From Candidatus Subterrananammoxibius californiae (GTDB taxonomy: Bacteria; Planctomycetota; Brocadiia; Brocadiales; Subterrananammoxibiaceae): 21,698 bases of DNA. The notes beneath the pieces were generated by a model. That model was not told the DNA's origin. It saw nothing but the letters and a program-made list of their open reading frames with translations, and did no database searches. Positions within the stretch are counted from its first letter, which is position 1, and the number at the start of each line of letters is the position of its first letter. The stretch is taken from assembly GCA_030586555.1 (NCBI GenBank), contig JAURAC010000006.1, positions 80,894 to 102,591 of the forward strand, written 5' to 3'. This document shows, in pieces, positions 1-10,201 of this stretch. The position numbers and the translations under genes were made by a program.

Positions 1-110
1 TCCCAAAAAGTATAGGTTTCGGGAACTTGTATACGGCGCCAAACGGGAGGTTTAGTATCCGTGAGTGTAATTTTAAACTGATATACATTATCGAATTTCT
101 TCCTTCTCAT
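1..110 (-). CDS. Plasmid pRiA4b ORF-3 (MM3350-like) family protein, 5' part only (runs off the window)
   Basis: Manual translation from ATG at 110: MRRKKFDNVYQFKITLTDTKPPVWRRIQVPETYTFW. This matches the family N-terminal signature YQxKIxL...PPxWRRIxVP. GGAGG SD upstream; overlaps the 3' end of the exonuclease gene by 23 nt. Not in the ORF track. Confidence 0.85.
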   Translation of the reverse strand, partial: MRRKKFDNVYQFKITLTDTKPPVWRRIQVPETYTFW

Positions 111-882
111 GTTTATTTCCCTCCTTCCATAAATTATATTCAGGAAGCAATCTGTTCTGCATCCGCCTATAGCCTTCTTCCATTAATACCTTAAGAACCG
201 TTACATCTGCAAGGTTATATTCTATTAATAAATCCAGGGCATCGATGTCGCCGCGCATATATCTATTCCACAATATAACGGCATCAAATCCATTGAGGTC
301 TTTAATCCCTTCGGGGCGCATTACGCCCAATTGCCTCTCAACCTTTTTTAATCCGCCGGAATAGCCTAATCTTTTAAGAAGAAATCTCAGGTCAATATGC
401 GGCGGCGGAACAAAATCAGAAAACTTTGTTGCGATAAATGGCGCATCAAAAAGGGTGCCGTTAAAAGTAACCATCAAGTCGTACTGCTTAATGTCCTCAA
501 CAAAACTGTCAAGGTTTTTGCCTGCGATGTATGTCTTTGCATCCTTCCCGTCAAAAATGCCTATAAGGGTTATATCGCTATAATACGCTGACAAGCCCGT
601 TGTTTCAATATCTAAAAATGCAACCTTATCTTTAAATTCGGAATAAACCCGCCAGATTTCAGATTTAGGAAGCGCCTCAGCAAAAAAATGGACATTTCTA
701 TTCTGCAGATGGGCAATGGATAAGGTTACGTGGCTTTTAATCCGTTCTATTTTTCCGTCAGGAAGCCCTACCTTATTATAGCTTACCAAAAAATCCTCCC
801 ACGAAAAAACACCTTTCCCCCAGATATATCTCTCCGTTTTATACCCTACTCCTGGAACATGAATAAAACTGCTTTTTAACAT
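88..882 (-). CDS. RNase H-like DEDD 3'-5' exonuclease (YprB/RNase_H_2-like) with N-terminal helix-hairpin-helix
   Basis: ExoI FLDIETTGL, ExoII TFNGTLFDAPF, ExoIII YNLADV; N-terminal HVPGVGYKTE HhH-like motif. Confidence 0.85.
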   Translation of the reverse strand: MLKSSFIHVPGVGYKTERYIWGKGVFSWEDFLVSYNKVGLPDGKIERIKSHVTLSIAHLQNRNVHFFAEALPKSEIWRVYSEFKDKVAFLDIETTGLSAYYSDITLIGIFDGKDAKTYIAGKNLDSFVEDIKQYDLMVTFNGTLFDAPFIATKFSDFVPPPHIDLRFLLKRLGYSGGLKKVERQLGVMRPEGIKDLNGFDAVILWNRYMRGDIDALDLLIEYNLADVTVLKVLMEEGYRRMQNRLLPEYNLWKEGNKHEKEEIR

Positions 883-952
883 TTTTACTACCGTCCAAAT
901 GTCTTAATGAATACGCGTTTCATATTAATTCCTAATATTCGCCCTTAATCTC

Positions 953-1537
953 CTACTTCCACACCCTTATCTCCTCAAACTTTATTCTCTTTTTCCTGAA
1001 GAACTCTTCAACTTTCCTTTTGTTGCCAAAAGGGACAATTATGCAGCCGGAAGATACCTTGCTGGCATTAACTCTATGAGTCAATCCCTCATAGGTATAT
1101 TTTTTATCTCGGTATCCATAAAGCTCTCTGTTGAATTTTGCTTTCCTGCTTTGCTTAAGATTGGAAATATCAAACTTATAAATAACAAAAGGCTTCTGCT
1201 CGAGCAAGAAGGACACGGGAAAATCAAGATATTCTCTTAAGAAAAGAACCCTGCCCTCTTGAAATATGTTTTGAAGCAATCCGGAATCTGTTGTCTTAAG
1301 TTGTTTTTCCGTTCTTATCGTTGGCTGAATGCTTCTGTGTATCTGGTTTTCAAGTTCGATAACTTTTTCTTCAATTTTGTCTTTTGCTTCTCTTGAGGTG
1401 ATTATCAAGAGGTCAATGTCCGAGCGTGAGGTAAACTCGCCTCTGGCAAGGCTTCCATAGAGAATAATACCCTTTATTTCTTTTATTTCTGAAATCGTAT
1501 CTGCTATTTTCTTTAAAACCTGTTTTATCCCTGCCAC
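953..1537 (-). CDS. Minimal (Pol-beta superfamily) nucleotidyltransferase with an additional ~80-aa basic C-terminal domain
   Basis: LYGSLARGE...SDIDLL motif (GS + DxD); GTG start; C-terminal extension FVIYKFDISNL...GCIIVP. Confidence 0.85.
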   Translation of the reverse strand: MAGIKQVLKKIADTISEIKEIKGIILYGSLARGEFTSRSDIDLLIITSREAKDKIEEKVIELENQIHRSIQPTIRTEKQLKTTDSGLLQNIFQEGRVLFLREYLDFPVSFLLEQKPFVIYKFDISNLKQSRKAKFNRELYGYRDKKYTYEGLTHRVNASKVSSGCIIVPFGNKRKVEEFFRKKRIKFEEIRVWK

Positions 1538-1597
1538 AGTTTCAAGCCAAACCTCTCATTTGCAATTTCTACGTGTTTGTCAAGATTTCCCATGTTA

Positions 1598-1650
1598 TGT
1601 TATCATAACAGAAAAAAGCCCCTTTTCAAGTATCTTCTGTTATTGTAACA
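1598..1650 (-). promoter_or_regulatory. Putative sigma70 promoter of the nucleotidyltransferase operon with two palindromic operator-like sites
   Basis: Minus strand TTGAAA (1629-1624)-N16-TATGAT (1607-1602) with a TGn extension; palindromes TGTTATCATAACA (1598-1610) and TGTTATTGTAACA (1638-1650). Confidence 0.6.
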
Positions 1651-1812
1651 AAAGAGTTTTTTTGTCTTTTGCTTGTTTGAAAGGGGGCAGAGATGAAATA
1701 GGCTATCCAAATGTCTCAATAAATACACGATTCATGGCTGTCGTTTATGCACTTACAGCGTCCTACGGCTGAGTCATACAAAATAAATTTTTAAAAATAT
1801 TTAAATTTTTTC

Positions 1813-1840
1813 TTGACACTTTTGTCTGCTATGATATACT
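1813..1840 (+). promoter_or_regulatory. Putative sigma70 promoter for the 94-aa ORF and its leader
   Basis: TTGACA (1813-1818)-N16-TATACT (1835-1840) with extended -10 TGn and an AT-rich UP-like tract upstream. Confidence 0.7.
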
Positions 1841-1878
1841 TTCTTTACCTTTATTTCAATACCATTTTATATACAATT

Positions 1879-1990
1879 TATCGGCTTCACGAATGGGGCT
1901 GATACATTTTCCTTGACACTGTAACTGTATTTGTACTCGGTGCAAATCCTTAGCGTATCGATGCAAATAAATGGGGGATTTAAAAAGGAG
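1879..1990 (+). other. Candidate structured 5' leader RNA (two hairpins upstream of the SD)
   Basis: Stem 1879-1889/1894-1904 (11 bp, 3 G-U, CGAA loop). Stem 1928-1943/1955-1969 (15 bp, 3 G-U, one bulge) whose loop contains UCCUU, complementary to the AAGGA SD. Confidence 0.4.
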
Positions 1991-1998
1991 TTAAAAAG

Positions 1999-2283
1999 AT
2001 GAAGAACGTCAATGTAAAGTGTGTAGTACATAGTAACTCTTTTCACAGGTCTACACCTTTAGTTATGGTGACGACGGTAAAAGATAAAGAATTTATTAAC
2101 CCTTCGTGGGATATCTTGAATATAACGGAAAGGACTCTTGGGTCTTGTGTGGTTAATTGTCTTATTACAGGAGAAATTATAGAAGACAAGGGTGAAACGC
2201 TTTTGGTAAGATTAAAAAGCGATAGTGAAGATATTGATATGGAAGTTTCAAATAAGGAAGTGGAAAGCTTAATAACTACTTAG
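1999..2283 (+). CDS. Hypothetical 94-aa protein, apparently beta-rich with an acidic C-terminal half
   Basis: ATG preceded by AAGGAG SD and a near-consensus promoter; no competing ORF; alternating hydrophobic pattern. No family recognised with confidence. Confidence 0.7.
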   Translation: MKNVNVKCVVHSNSFHRSTPLVMVTTVKDKEFINPSWDILNITERTLGSCVVNCLITGEIIEDKGETLLVRLKSDSEDIDMEVSNKEVESLITT

Positions 2284-3409
2284 CCTTTTTAATGTTTTCG
2301 ATGTCTTTAATAAATTTTTCTTCAGCATTAGAACCTTGATAAAGCATTCCCCCAGTATCCCGACAATGAAAGGAGAAGAAGGGACTAGGAGTTTCGTTTG
2401 AGAACCATAGTGCATATACCATTTTCCCATTGTTATAAGCGTGAACCATTTCATTGATAACTCCTGCCGAAAGGGTAATTCCTTCATCCAATTCAACACA
2501 GATCGCGTCACCCGATTTGAGTCTAAGAATTCCTGTCTTTTGGCTTTTTTCATATACGCTTTTTGTAGTTTCCACATATATTTTCTCGGTGGGATAATAC
2601 ACAACAATCAAATCACATTGACTAATCAATTTAAAATCTGTGGAAACCGTCTTGTCCCCAATTGTTTCTATAAGTGGTGAATTCGTTTCTTTTGCTTTTT
2701 TATATTCCTTTATGCTAAGTGGGTCAAAAACTATGAAGTCTTTTCGTAATTCTTTAAGGAAATTGTCTCTTTTATCTTTAGCTTTTTGTTCATCTAAACT
2801 ATGCGAAATAGGATAGCTAAGATACACTTTTTTCCTGTTGGAAAAAAGTAAGTTAATTAAAGTCTCGGACGGTTCTTGAACCGGTAATAAGTAAGTTGGA
2901 ATTTTGTGGGGTTTAAACCAATAGTCTTCTGTAACTTCAAGCTCCTTGCCCCTCCAATCAAGCAGTTTTTCCTGTGATATATTAGCCCATCTTCGATCCC
3001 TCTTAATGTTCTCGTGCATTGTTTGAATATCATCAATTACATTTATACAAAAAACTGGTCTTATATTCTCGTGTGACTTGTCCATCACTTCTAAATCTCG
3101 GGCTATGCCTCTAGGGTAAACTGAGCGTGTAAAAACAATCGCAATCTCTGGTTGCTCATTTTCAATTTCTTTTTTAATGTCTTGGCATGCAGTATTTCTA
3201 TAACACGCTTGCTCCTCCATAGGCAAATTTACTAAGTTTTCCTTTGCTACTGGGCGACCAAAGCTCTGAGCCGCTGCATGCATATAATCTCCTACATTAT
3301 AAAACTTGACCTTGCTACTGTATGAAGATGTCTCGATTATTTTGTTTATTTTCTCACGATTAACTTTTCCATCAATACCCGTGCATAAAATTATCCTGGG
3401 TTTTTGCAT
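2276..3409 (-). CDS. Fusion of an archaeal adenylate-kinase-like P-loop domain (degenerate Walker A) and a nucleoside 2-deoxyribosyltransferase/N-glycosidase-like domain
   Basis: N-terminal IILCTGIDGK...YNVGDYM resembles archaeal NMP kinases. C-terminal VYLSYPIS...VFDP...DFKLISQCDLIVVY...SAGVINEMVHAYNNGKMVY matches the NDT/Rcl/MilB pattern with the catalytic Glu. AGGAG SD. Confidence 0.7.
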   Translation of the reverse strand: MQKPRIILCTGIDGKVNREKINKIIETSSYSSKVKFYNVGDYMHAAAQSFGRPVAKENLVNLPMEEQACYRNTACQDIKKEIENEQPEIAIVFTRSVYPRGIARDLEVMDKSHENIRPVFCINVIDDIQTMHENIKRDRRWANISQEKLLDWRGKELEVTEDYWFKPHKIPTYLLPVQEPSETLINLLFSNRKKVYLSYPISHSLDEQKAKDKRDNFLKELRKDFIVFDPLSIKEYKKAKETNSPLIETIGDKTVSTDFKLISQCDLIVVYYPTEKIYVETTKSVYEKSQKTGILRLKSGDAICVELDEGITLSAGVINEMVHAYNNGKMVYALWFSNETPSPFFSFHCRDTGGMLYQGSNAEEKFIKDIENIKKAK

Positions 3410-3442
3410 TTATCACTCCTTTTTAAAAACCACTTTGGACGC

Positions 3443-3482
3443 TACTTTAAAAAGTATAATATGGAGGAAGTTAATAAGTCAA
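3443..3482 (-). promoter_or_regulatory. Putative promoter of the kinase-NDT gene
   Basis: Minus strand TTGACT (3482-3477)-N18-TATACT (3458-3453); palindrome TACTTT-AA-AAAGTA (3443-3456) over the predicted start site. Confidence 0.45.
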
Positions 3483-3502
3483 GCCTTATTCCCCGTCTTG
3501 CC

Positions 3503-5059
3503 TTACCGATACCCATCCGCACTATCCATTGCTTGAAGTAAGGAACACTCACTACAATTAACATTGTTATTGCTGCAAAAGTCCTTGTAGATTTGATATA
3601 GCCCTTGCTGGCGGCGGGCGTTCGTGATGATGCTGCCTCTGTTTTCTAATGGTGGGAGTACGCGGCAGTTCATAAACTTTGTGATGCGGTCTGAGGATAG
3701 TTTGCGGTGGCTTCTATAAGCGCAATGCAGGGTTTTTTCTAAACCCACATCCCCGTGCCTTCGGGCATATACAAGCAGAAGCGGTATAACAATATTAACA
3801 AATATCGCAGATGCCCTCTCCTCGCCGATAAGCCTTTCGGGGCTGTTTAGTCGCTTTCCCCCGAAGACGTAATAATACGACCAGAAATCATCGTGGGTTT
3901 CAAGGAATATGGATTTTACCTTCTGGGTAATTGTCTTAACATTCGTTTGTCCCGCCTCTTCAAAAAACTTGAGGATAAACCTGAAAAGCCCCGTTTCAAA
4001 TGCCCCTGCAAGGATATTGCTCATGGCGGCTACCCTTCTTGTGGGAGAATTGGCGGGCCTTAAACGCCCAAACTGCCATGCCCTTCCATCTATAGGCTCT
4101 GCAGGCATTTTGCTTTTTAATTCTGACCAGATGCCACTCGCCCTTTTTATATACCTTTGTGTTTGAGTATCAAAATCCTTTTTAGAGCCCGACAGCCTTT
4201 GCAACAGCCCTCCCATTCCAAATAACAGCGCTTGAATCCTCAGGCTCTTTTGTTTAACGCCTGCGTCCACCGGGATGACCCGCCGTATTAACGACAAAGG
4301 CGCTACTGAAGCAAGCCGTAAGAATGGAAGCCTATTATCCCTATAACCAAGAGACTCCATTACTGCCTCGTATAGCGCCTGCTCAAAGGTGGTATTTTCG
4401 AGTCTCTTTTCATAACCCCTTGCCTTTACCAGTACACGCTCATCGCCTGCTTGGTCAAGAAATTGCCCAAGCCATCTTTCATTCACAGGGGTCCCTGAAA
4501 GTTTTTTCTGGCAGGGGGACTCTGCATTTGTACCCCTCCTTAAATAGTCTTCAATATCAACAACCTCCGCCAGTTCGTCAAGTTCCATCTCCAGATGTTT
4601 ATGTAGCGCAATCTGTGGAATGGCATCACCTTTCGAGTTTGTAACAAAGTTGTTATTGCTGTCGTTCCACATAACAACATGCAGGCAGACGTTATTATAC
4701 TCTTTGTTTTTAGCATGGCCATGCCTTGCCCAATCAGGGGCGTTTACATGCACCTCCACATCGCCCTTGACAAGACCCTTTCCTTCCATAATGATTTCTG
4801 CATGCTTTAGGTCGGGCCCTGCTTCAACGTTCCACCATCCTGGCGTCAAGACCTCCATCCTTGCGCCATCCTCGGTACGTAAATCGGTCTTACGGATATG
4901 CTGGCCAAACCAGATACAACGCACAAGCTCTTCCCTGAGCCCCTTACCTGCGGGTTCAAAGGGCGGAGGACATGGCTCCATAACGCTGTGAAATTGCTTT
5001 ACGATATGACGGTAACTGCTGGAGAATAGCCCTTCGTGGCTTGCTTCGAGGTTAGGCAC
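3503..5059 (-). CDS. DUF2851 family protein
   Basis: PGWWNVEAGPD...GDVEVH...DWARHGH...YNNVCLHVV, RLRPANSPTRR and C-terminal QGLYQIYKDFC-x6-C-x2-C; GTG start with GAGGTG SD. Confidence 0.85.
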   Translation of the reverse strand: MPNLEASHEGLFSSSYRHIVKQFHSVMEPCPPPFEPAGKGLREELVRCIWFGQHIRKTDLRTEDGARMEVLTPGWWNVEAGPDLKHAEIIMEGKGLVKGDVEVHVNAPDWARHGHAKNKEYNNVCLHVVMWNDSNNNFVTNSKGDAIPQIALHKHLEMELDELAEVVDIEDYLRRGTNAESPCQKKLSGTPVNERWLGQFLDQAGDERVLVKARGYEKRLENTTFEQALYEAVMESLGYRDNRLPFLRLASVAPLSLIRRVIPVDAGVKQKSLRIQALLFGMGGLLQRLSGSKKDFDTQTQRYIKRASGIWSELKSKMPAEPIDGRAWQFGRLRPANSPTRRVAAMSNILAGAFETGLFRFILKFFEEAGQTNVKTITQKVKSIFLETHDDFWSYYYVFGGKRLNSPERLIGEERASAIFVNIVIPLLLVYARRHGDVGLEKTLHCAYRSHRKLSSDRITKFMNCRVLPPLENRGSIITNARRQQGLYQIYKDFCSNNNVNCSECSLLQAMDSADGYR

Positions 5060-5090
5060 CTTTCACCTCTAATGGAGATTGTTAGGTTTT

Positions 5091-5107
5091 GTCCGCCTAA
5101 GGCAGGT
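5091..5107. repeat. Short CCGCC-N3-GGCRG palindromic element (intergenic copy)
   Basis: GTCCGCC-TAA-GGCAGGT, near-identical to the copy at 5227-5243. Confidence 0.5.
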
Positions 5108-5136
5108 TGCGGCAGGTTTGTCTATATTACCATCAC

Positions 5137-7713
5137 TTAATCAATTCCCTCTGTGGCATCATCTTCAGTAGCCTCAGTAGTGCCACTAACGTCTTCATCG
5201 CTGCCCTCCTCAGGCAGATTACCTTCGTCCGCCTTAGGCGGATGCAGGTCGAAGCCTTGTTGGGCTTCTACTTCGGCGACTTCCTTCTCGGCTTCCTCGC
5301 TGAGAACCCGTGCTACCGAAACCAGGCGATCTCCTTCGCTCAAAGATATTAATTTAACACCCTGGGTGTTTCGACCGATAGTTCTTATCGAATTAATTGC
5401 CGTACGGATGACCATGCCGTTGGCAGTAATCATCATGAGTTCATCATCTTCCCTTACGTCTATAAGCGCCACCACCTTTCCGTTGCGCTCCGTAGTTTTT
5501 ATGTTTATAACCCCTTGTCCACCCCGACGGTGTTTTGGGTATTCGTCAAAACCTGTTCGTTTACCATAGCCATTTTCACAAACGGTTAAAAGCGTAGCCC
5601 CCTCCTCGACAACCACAACGCCTTTGACCTTATCCTTTTCCTTTAAACGAACCCCCCTGACACCCCTTGTGGCGCGTCCCATGCTGCGGACATCAGCCTC
5701 TGCAAACCTGAGCGCCTTGCCCTGCTCGGTGCCCAGGATAATATCCTGCTTTCCGCTGGTCAGCCGCACACCGATGAGCCTGTCATTTGGGTCAAGATTA
5801 ATTGCTATTATACCGCCGCGCTTGGGGTTGCCGTAGGCGCTGAGGACCGTCTTTTTTATCGTGCCGTTCTGGGTTACCATAACAAGCTGGCGGCCATCAA
5901 ATCGGCGAACAGGAATCATTGACGAGATAGCCTCCCCCTCCTGTAATTCGAGCAGATTTACAATAGCCCTGCCCTTTGCTGCCCTGCCGAGTTGAGGTAC
6001 GTCATAGACCTTCTGCCAGTAAACCTTCCCCCGGTCTGTGAAAAAGAGGATGTAGTCATGCGTTGAAGCAATAAAGAGGCTTTCAACAAAGTCGCCTTCC
6101 TTCATATCTGCGCCCGTTACGCCTTTCCCTCCTCTGAGTTGCCTGCGATAGCTGCTGAGTGGCAGTCTCTTTATATATCCTCCGTTGGTAATAGTAACCG
6201 CCACGCTTTCCTCGGCAATCAAGTCCTCAATGTTAAATTCTTCCACCTCGCCAATAACTTCCGTACGGCGGGCATCACCATACTTTTCTTTCACCTCGCA
6301 AAGCTCCTGGCGGATTATATCCGACACCATTTTCTCGCTGGCAAGGATTGCCTTGTAGTTTTTAATATCCTTACAAAGCTTGCTATACTCCTCATCAATC
6401 TTTCCGTGTTCAAGGGCTGTCAGCCTCTGGAGTTTCATATCCAGCACGGCATTTGCCTGTGCTTCGGTAAGCTTGAATTTCCTTATCAGGGCTTCTCGTG
6501 CCGTTTCGGTATTCTCGGAGGATTTTATCGTATGAATGACCTCATCAATGTTATCAAGCGCAATTCTGAGCCCTTCGAGGATGTGTGCCCGCTCCTGGGA
6601 GCGGGTCAATAAATACTGTGTCCTGCGTCTTACTACCTCTGTGCGATGGCCTATATAGAGCTGTAACATCTGCTTGATATTTAATGTTTCAGGGCGGCCA
6701 TTGACGAGGGCTATCATTATGATGCTAAAGGTGTCTTGCAGGCTGGTGTGCTTGTATAATTGGTTCAATACAACTTCTTCTTCCTCGCCGCGCTTTAGTT
6801 CAATAACGAGGCGGCTACCCTCTTTATCGCTTTCGTTACGAATATCTGCTATGCCTTGCAATTGGTCCTCTTTGACCAGTTCCGCGATTCTTTCAAGGAT
6901 TTTGTCCCTGTTTAATTGATAGGGAATTTCCGTTACTACGATATTTTTCTTGCCGCTCTTGGTGGTCTCAACGTGCGCCCGCGCCCTGACGGTGATTGTG
7001 CCGCGCCCTGTTCTGTACCCTTCTTTTATGCCAGATGTGCCGCAGATTAGCGCCCCTGTCGGGAAATCAGGTCCTTTGATTATCTTAAGAAGCTCATCAA
7101 TAGTTGCGTCAGGATTATCAATGAGCTTTATAATACCATCGCAAACCTCATTTACGTTATGGGGAGGGATGCTTGTTGCCATGCCAACGGCAATTCCTGA
7201 ACCTCCATTGCAAAGCAGGTTTGGAAACCTGGAAGGGAGTACAATAGGTTCCATGCGTGTTTCATCATAATTCGGCACGAAATCCACGGTGTCACGTTCA
7301 ATGTCTTCCAGCATCTCCATGCATGCGCTTGTCATCCTTGCTTCTGTATAACGCATGGCTGCCGGTGGGTCGCCATCAACAGAGCCAAAGTTTCCCTGCC
7401 CGTCAATGAGCGGGTATCTACAGTTGAAATCCTGCGCCATGCGTACCAGTGTAGGATAAACCACCTGCTCGCCGTGGGGGTGGTAATTGCCTGTCGTGTC
7501 TCCAGCAATCTTGGCGCACTTCCTGAACTTCGACCTTGGTCCAAGGCTAAGGTCGTTCATCGCCACTAGGATTCGTCGCTGGGAGGGTTTTAGGCCGTCT
7601 CTTGCATCAGGAAGGGCGCGGCTGACGATGACGCTCATGGCAAACGTCAGGTACGAATCCTTCATTTCTTCTTCAATTAAAAGGTCCTTAATATTTTCTC
7701 TTCTCTCAACCAT
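5137..7713 (-). CDS. gyrA: DNA gyrase subunit A
   Basis: SRALPDARDGLKP, YHPHG, catalytic AAMRYTE, GyrA-box QLRGGKG, beta-pinwheel repeats and acidic tail; follows gyrB. Confidence 0.98.
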   Translation of the reverse strand: MVERRENIKDLLIEEEMKDSYLTFAMSVIVSRALPDARDGLKPSQRRILVAMNDLSLGPRSKFRKCAKIAGDTTGNYHPHGEQVVYPTLVRMAQDFNCRYPLIDGQGNFGSVDGDPPAAMRYTEARMTSACMEMLEDIERDTVDFVPNYDETRMEPIVLPSRFPNLLCNGGSGIAVGMATSIPPHNVNEVCDGIIKLIDNPDATIDELLKIIKGPDFPTGALICGTSGIKEGYRTGRGTITVRARAHVETTKSGKKNIVVTEIPYQLNRDKILERIAELVKEDQLQGIADIRNESDKEGSRLVIELKRGEEEEVVLNQLYKHTSLQDTFSIIMIALVNGRPETLNIKQMLQLYIGHRTEVVRRRTQYLLTRSQERAHILEGLRIALDNIDEVIHTIKSSENTETAREALIRKFKLTEAQANAVLDMKLQRLTALEHGKIDEEYSKLCKDIKNYKAILASEKMVSDIIRQELCEVKEKYGDARRTEVIGEVEEFNIEDLIAEESVAVTITNGGYIKRLPLSSYRRQLRGGKGVTGADMKEGDFVESLFIASTHDYILFFTDRGKVYWQKVYDVPQLGRAAKGRAIVNLLELQEGEAISSMIPVRRFDGRQLVMVTQNGTIKKTVLSAYGNPKRGGIIAINLDPNDRLIGVRLTSGKQDIILGTEQGKALRFAEADVRSMGRATRGVRGVRLKEKDKVKGVVVVEEGATLLTVCENGYGKRTGFDEYPKHRRGGQGVINIKTTERNGKVVALIDVREDDELMMITANGMVIRTAINSIRTIGRNTQGVKLISLSEGDRLVSVARVLSEEAEKEVAEVEAQQGFDLHPPKADEGNLPEEGSDEDVSGTTEATEDDATEGID
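5221..5249. repeat. Short palindromic element inside the gyrA C-terminal tail
   Basis: ACCTTCGTCCGCC-TTA-GGCGGATGCAGGT; encodes LHPPKADEG in frame. Confidence 0.55.
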
Positions 7714-7735
7714 TAATCATTACTCCCGTGCATCA

Positions 7736-10201
<2,466 letters not shown>

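Noticed and set aside
1560..1772. 70-aa plus-strand ORF in the intergenic gap
   Set aside because: TTG start without SD, runs through the promoter palindromes and T-tracts, and has non-protein-like composition.
1846..3409. Retron interpretation (structured RNA plus NDT effector)
   Set aside because: No reverse transcriptase in the window and no a1/a2 inverted repeats enclosing an msr-msd.
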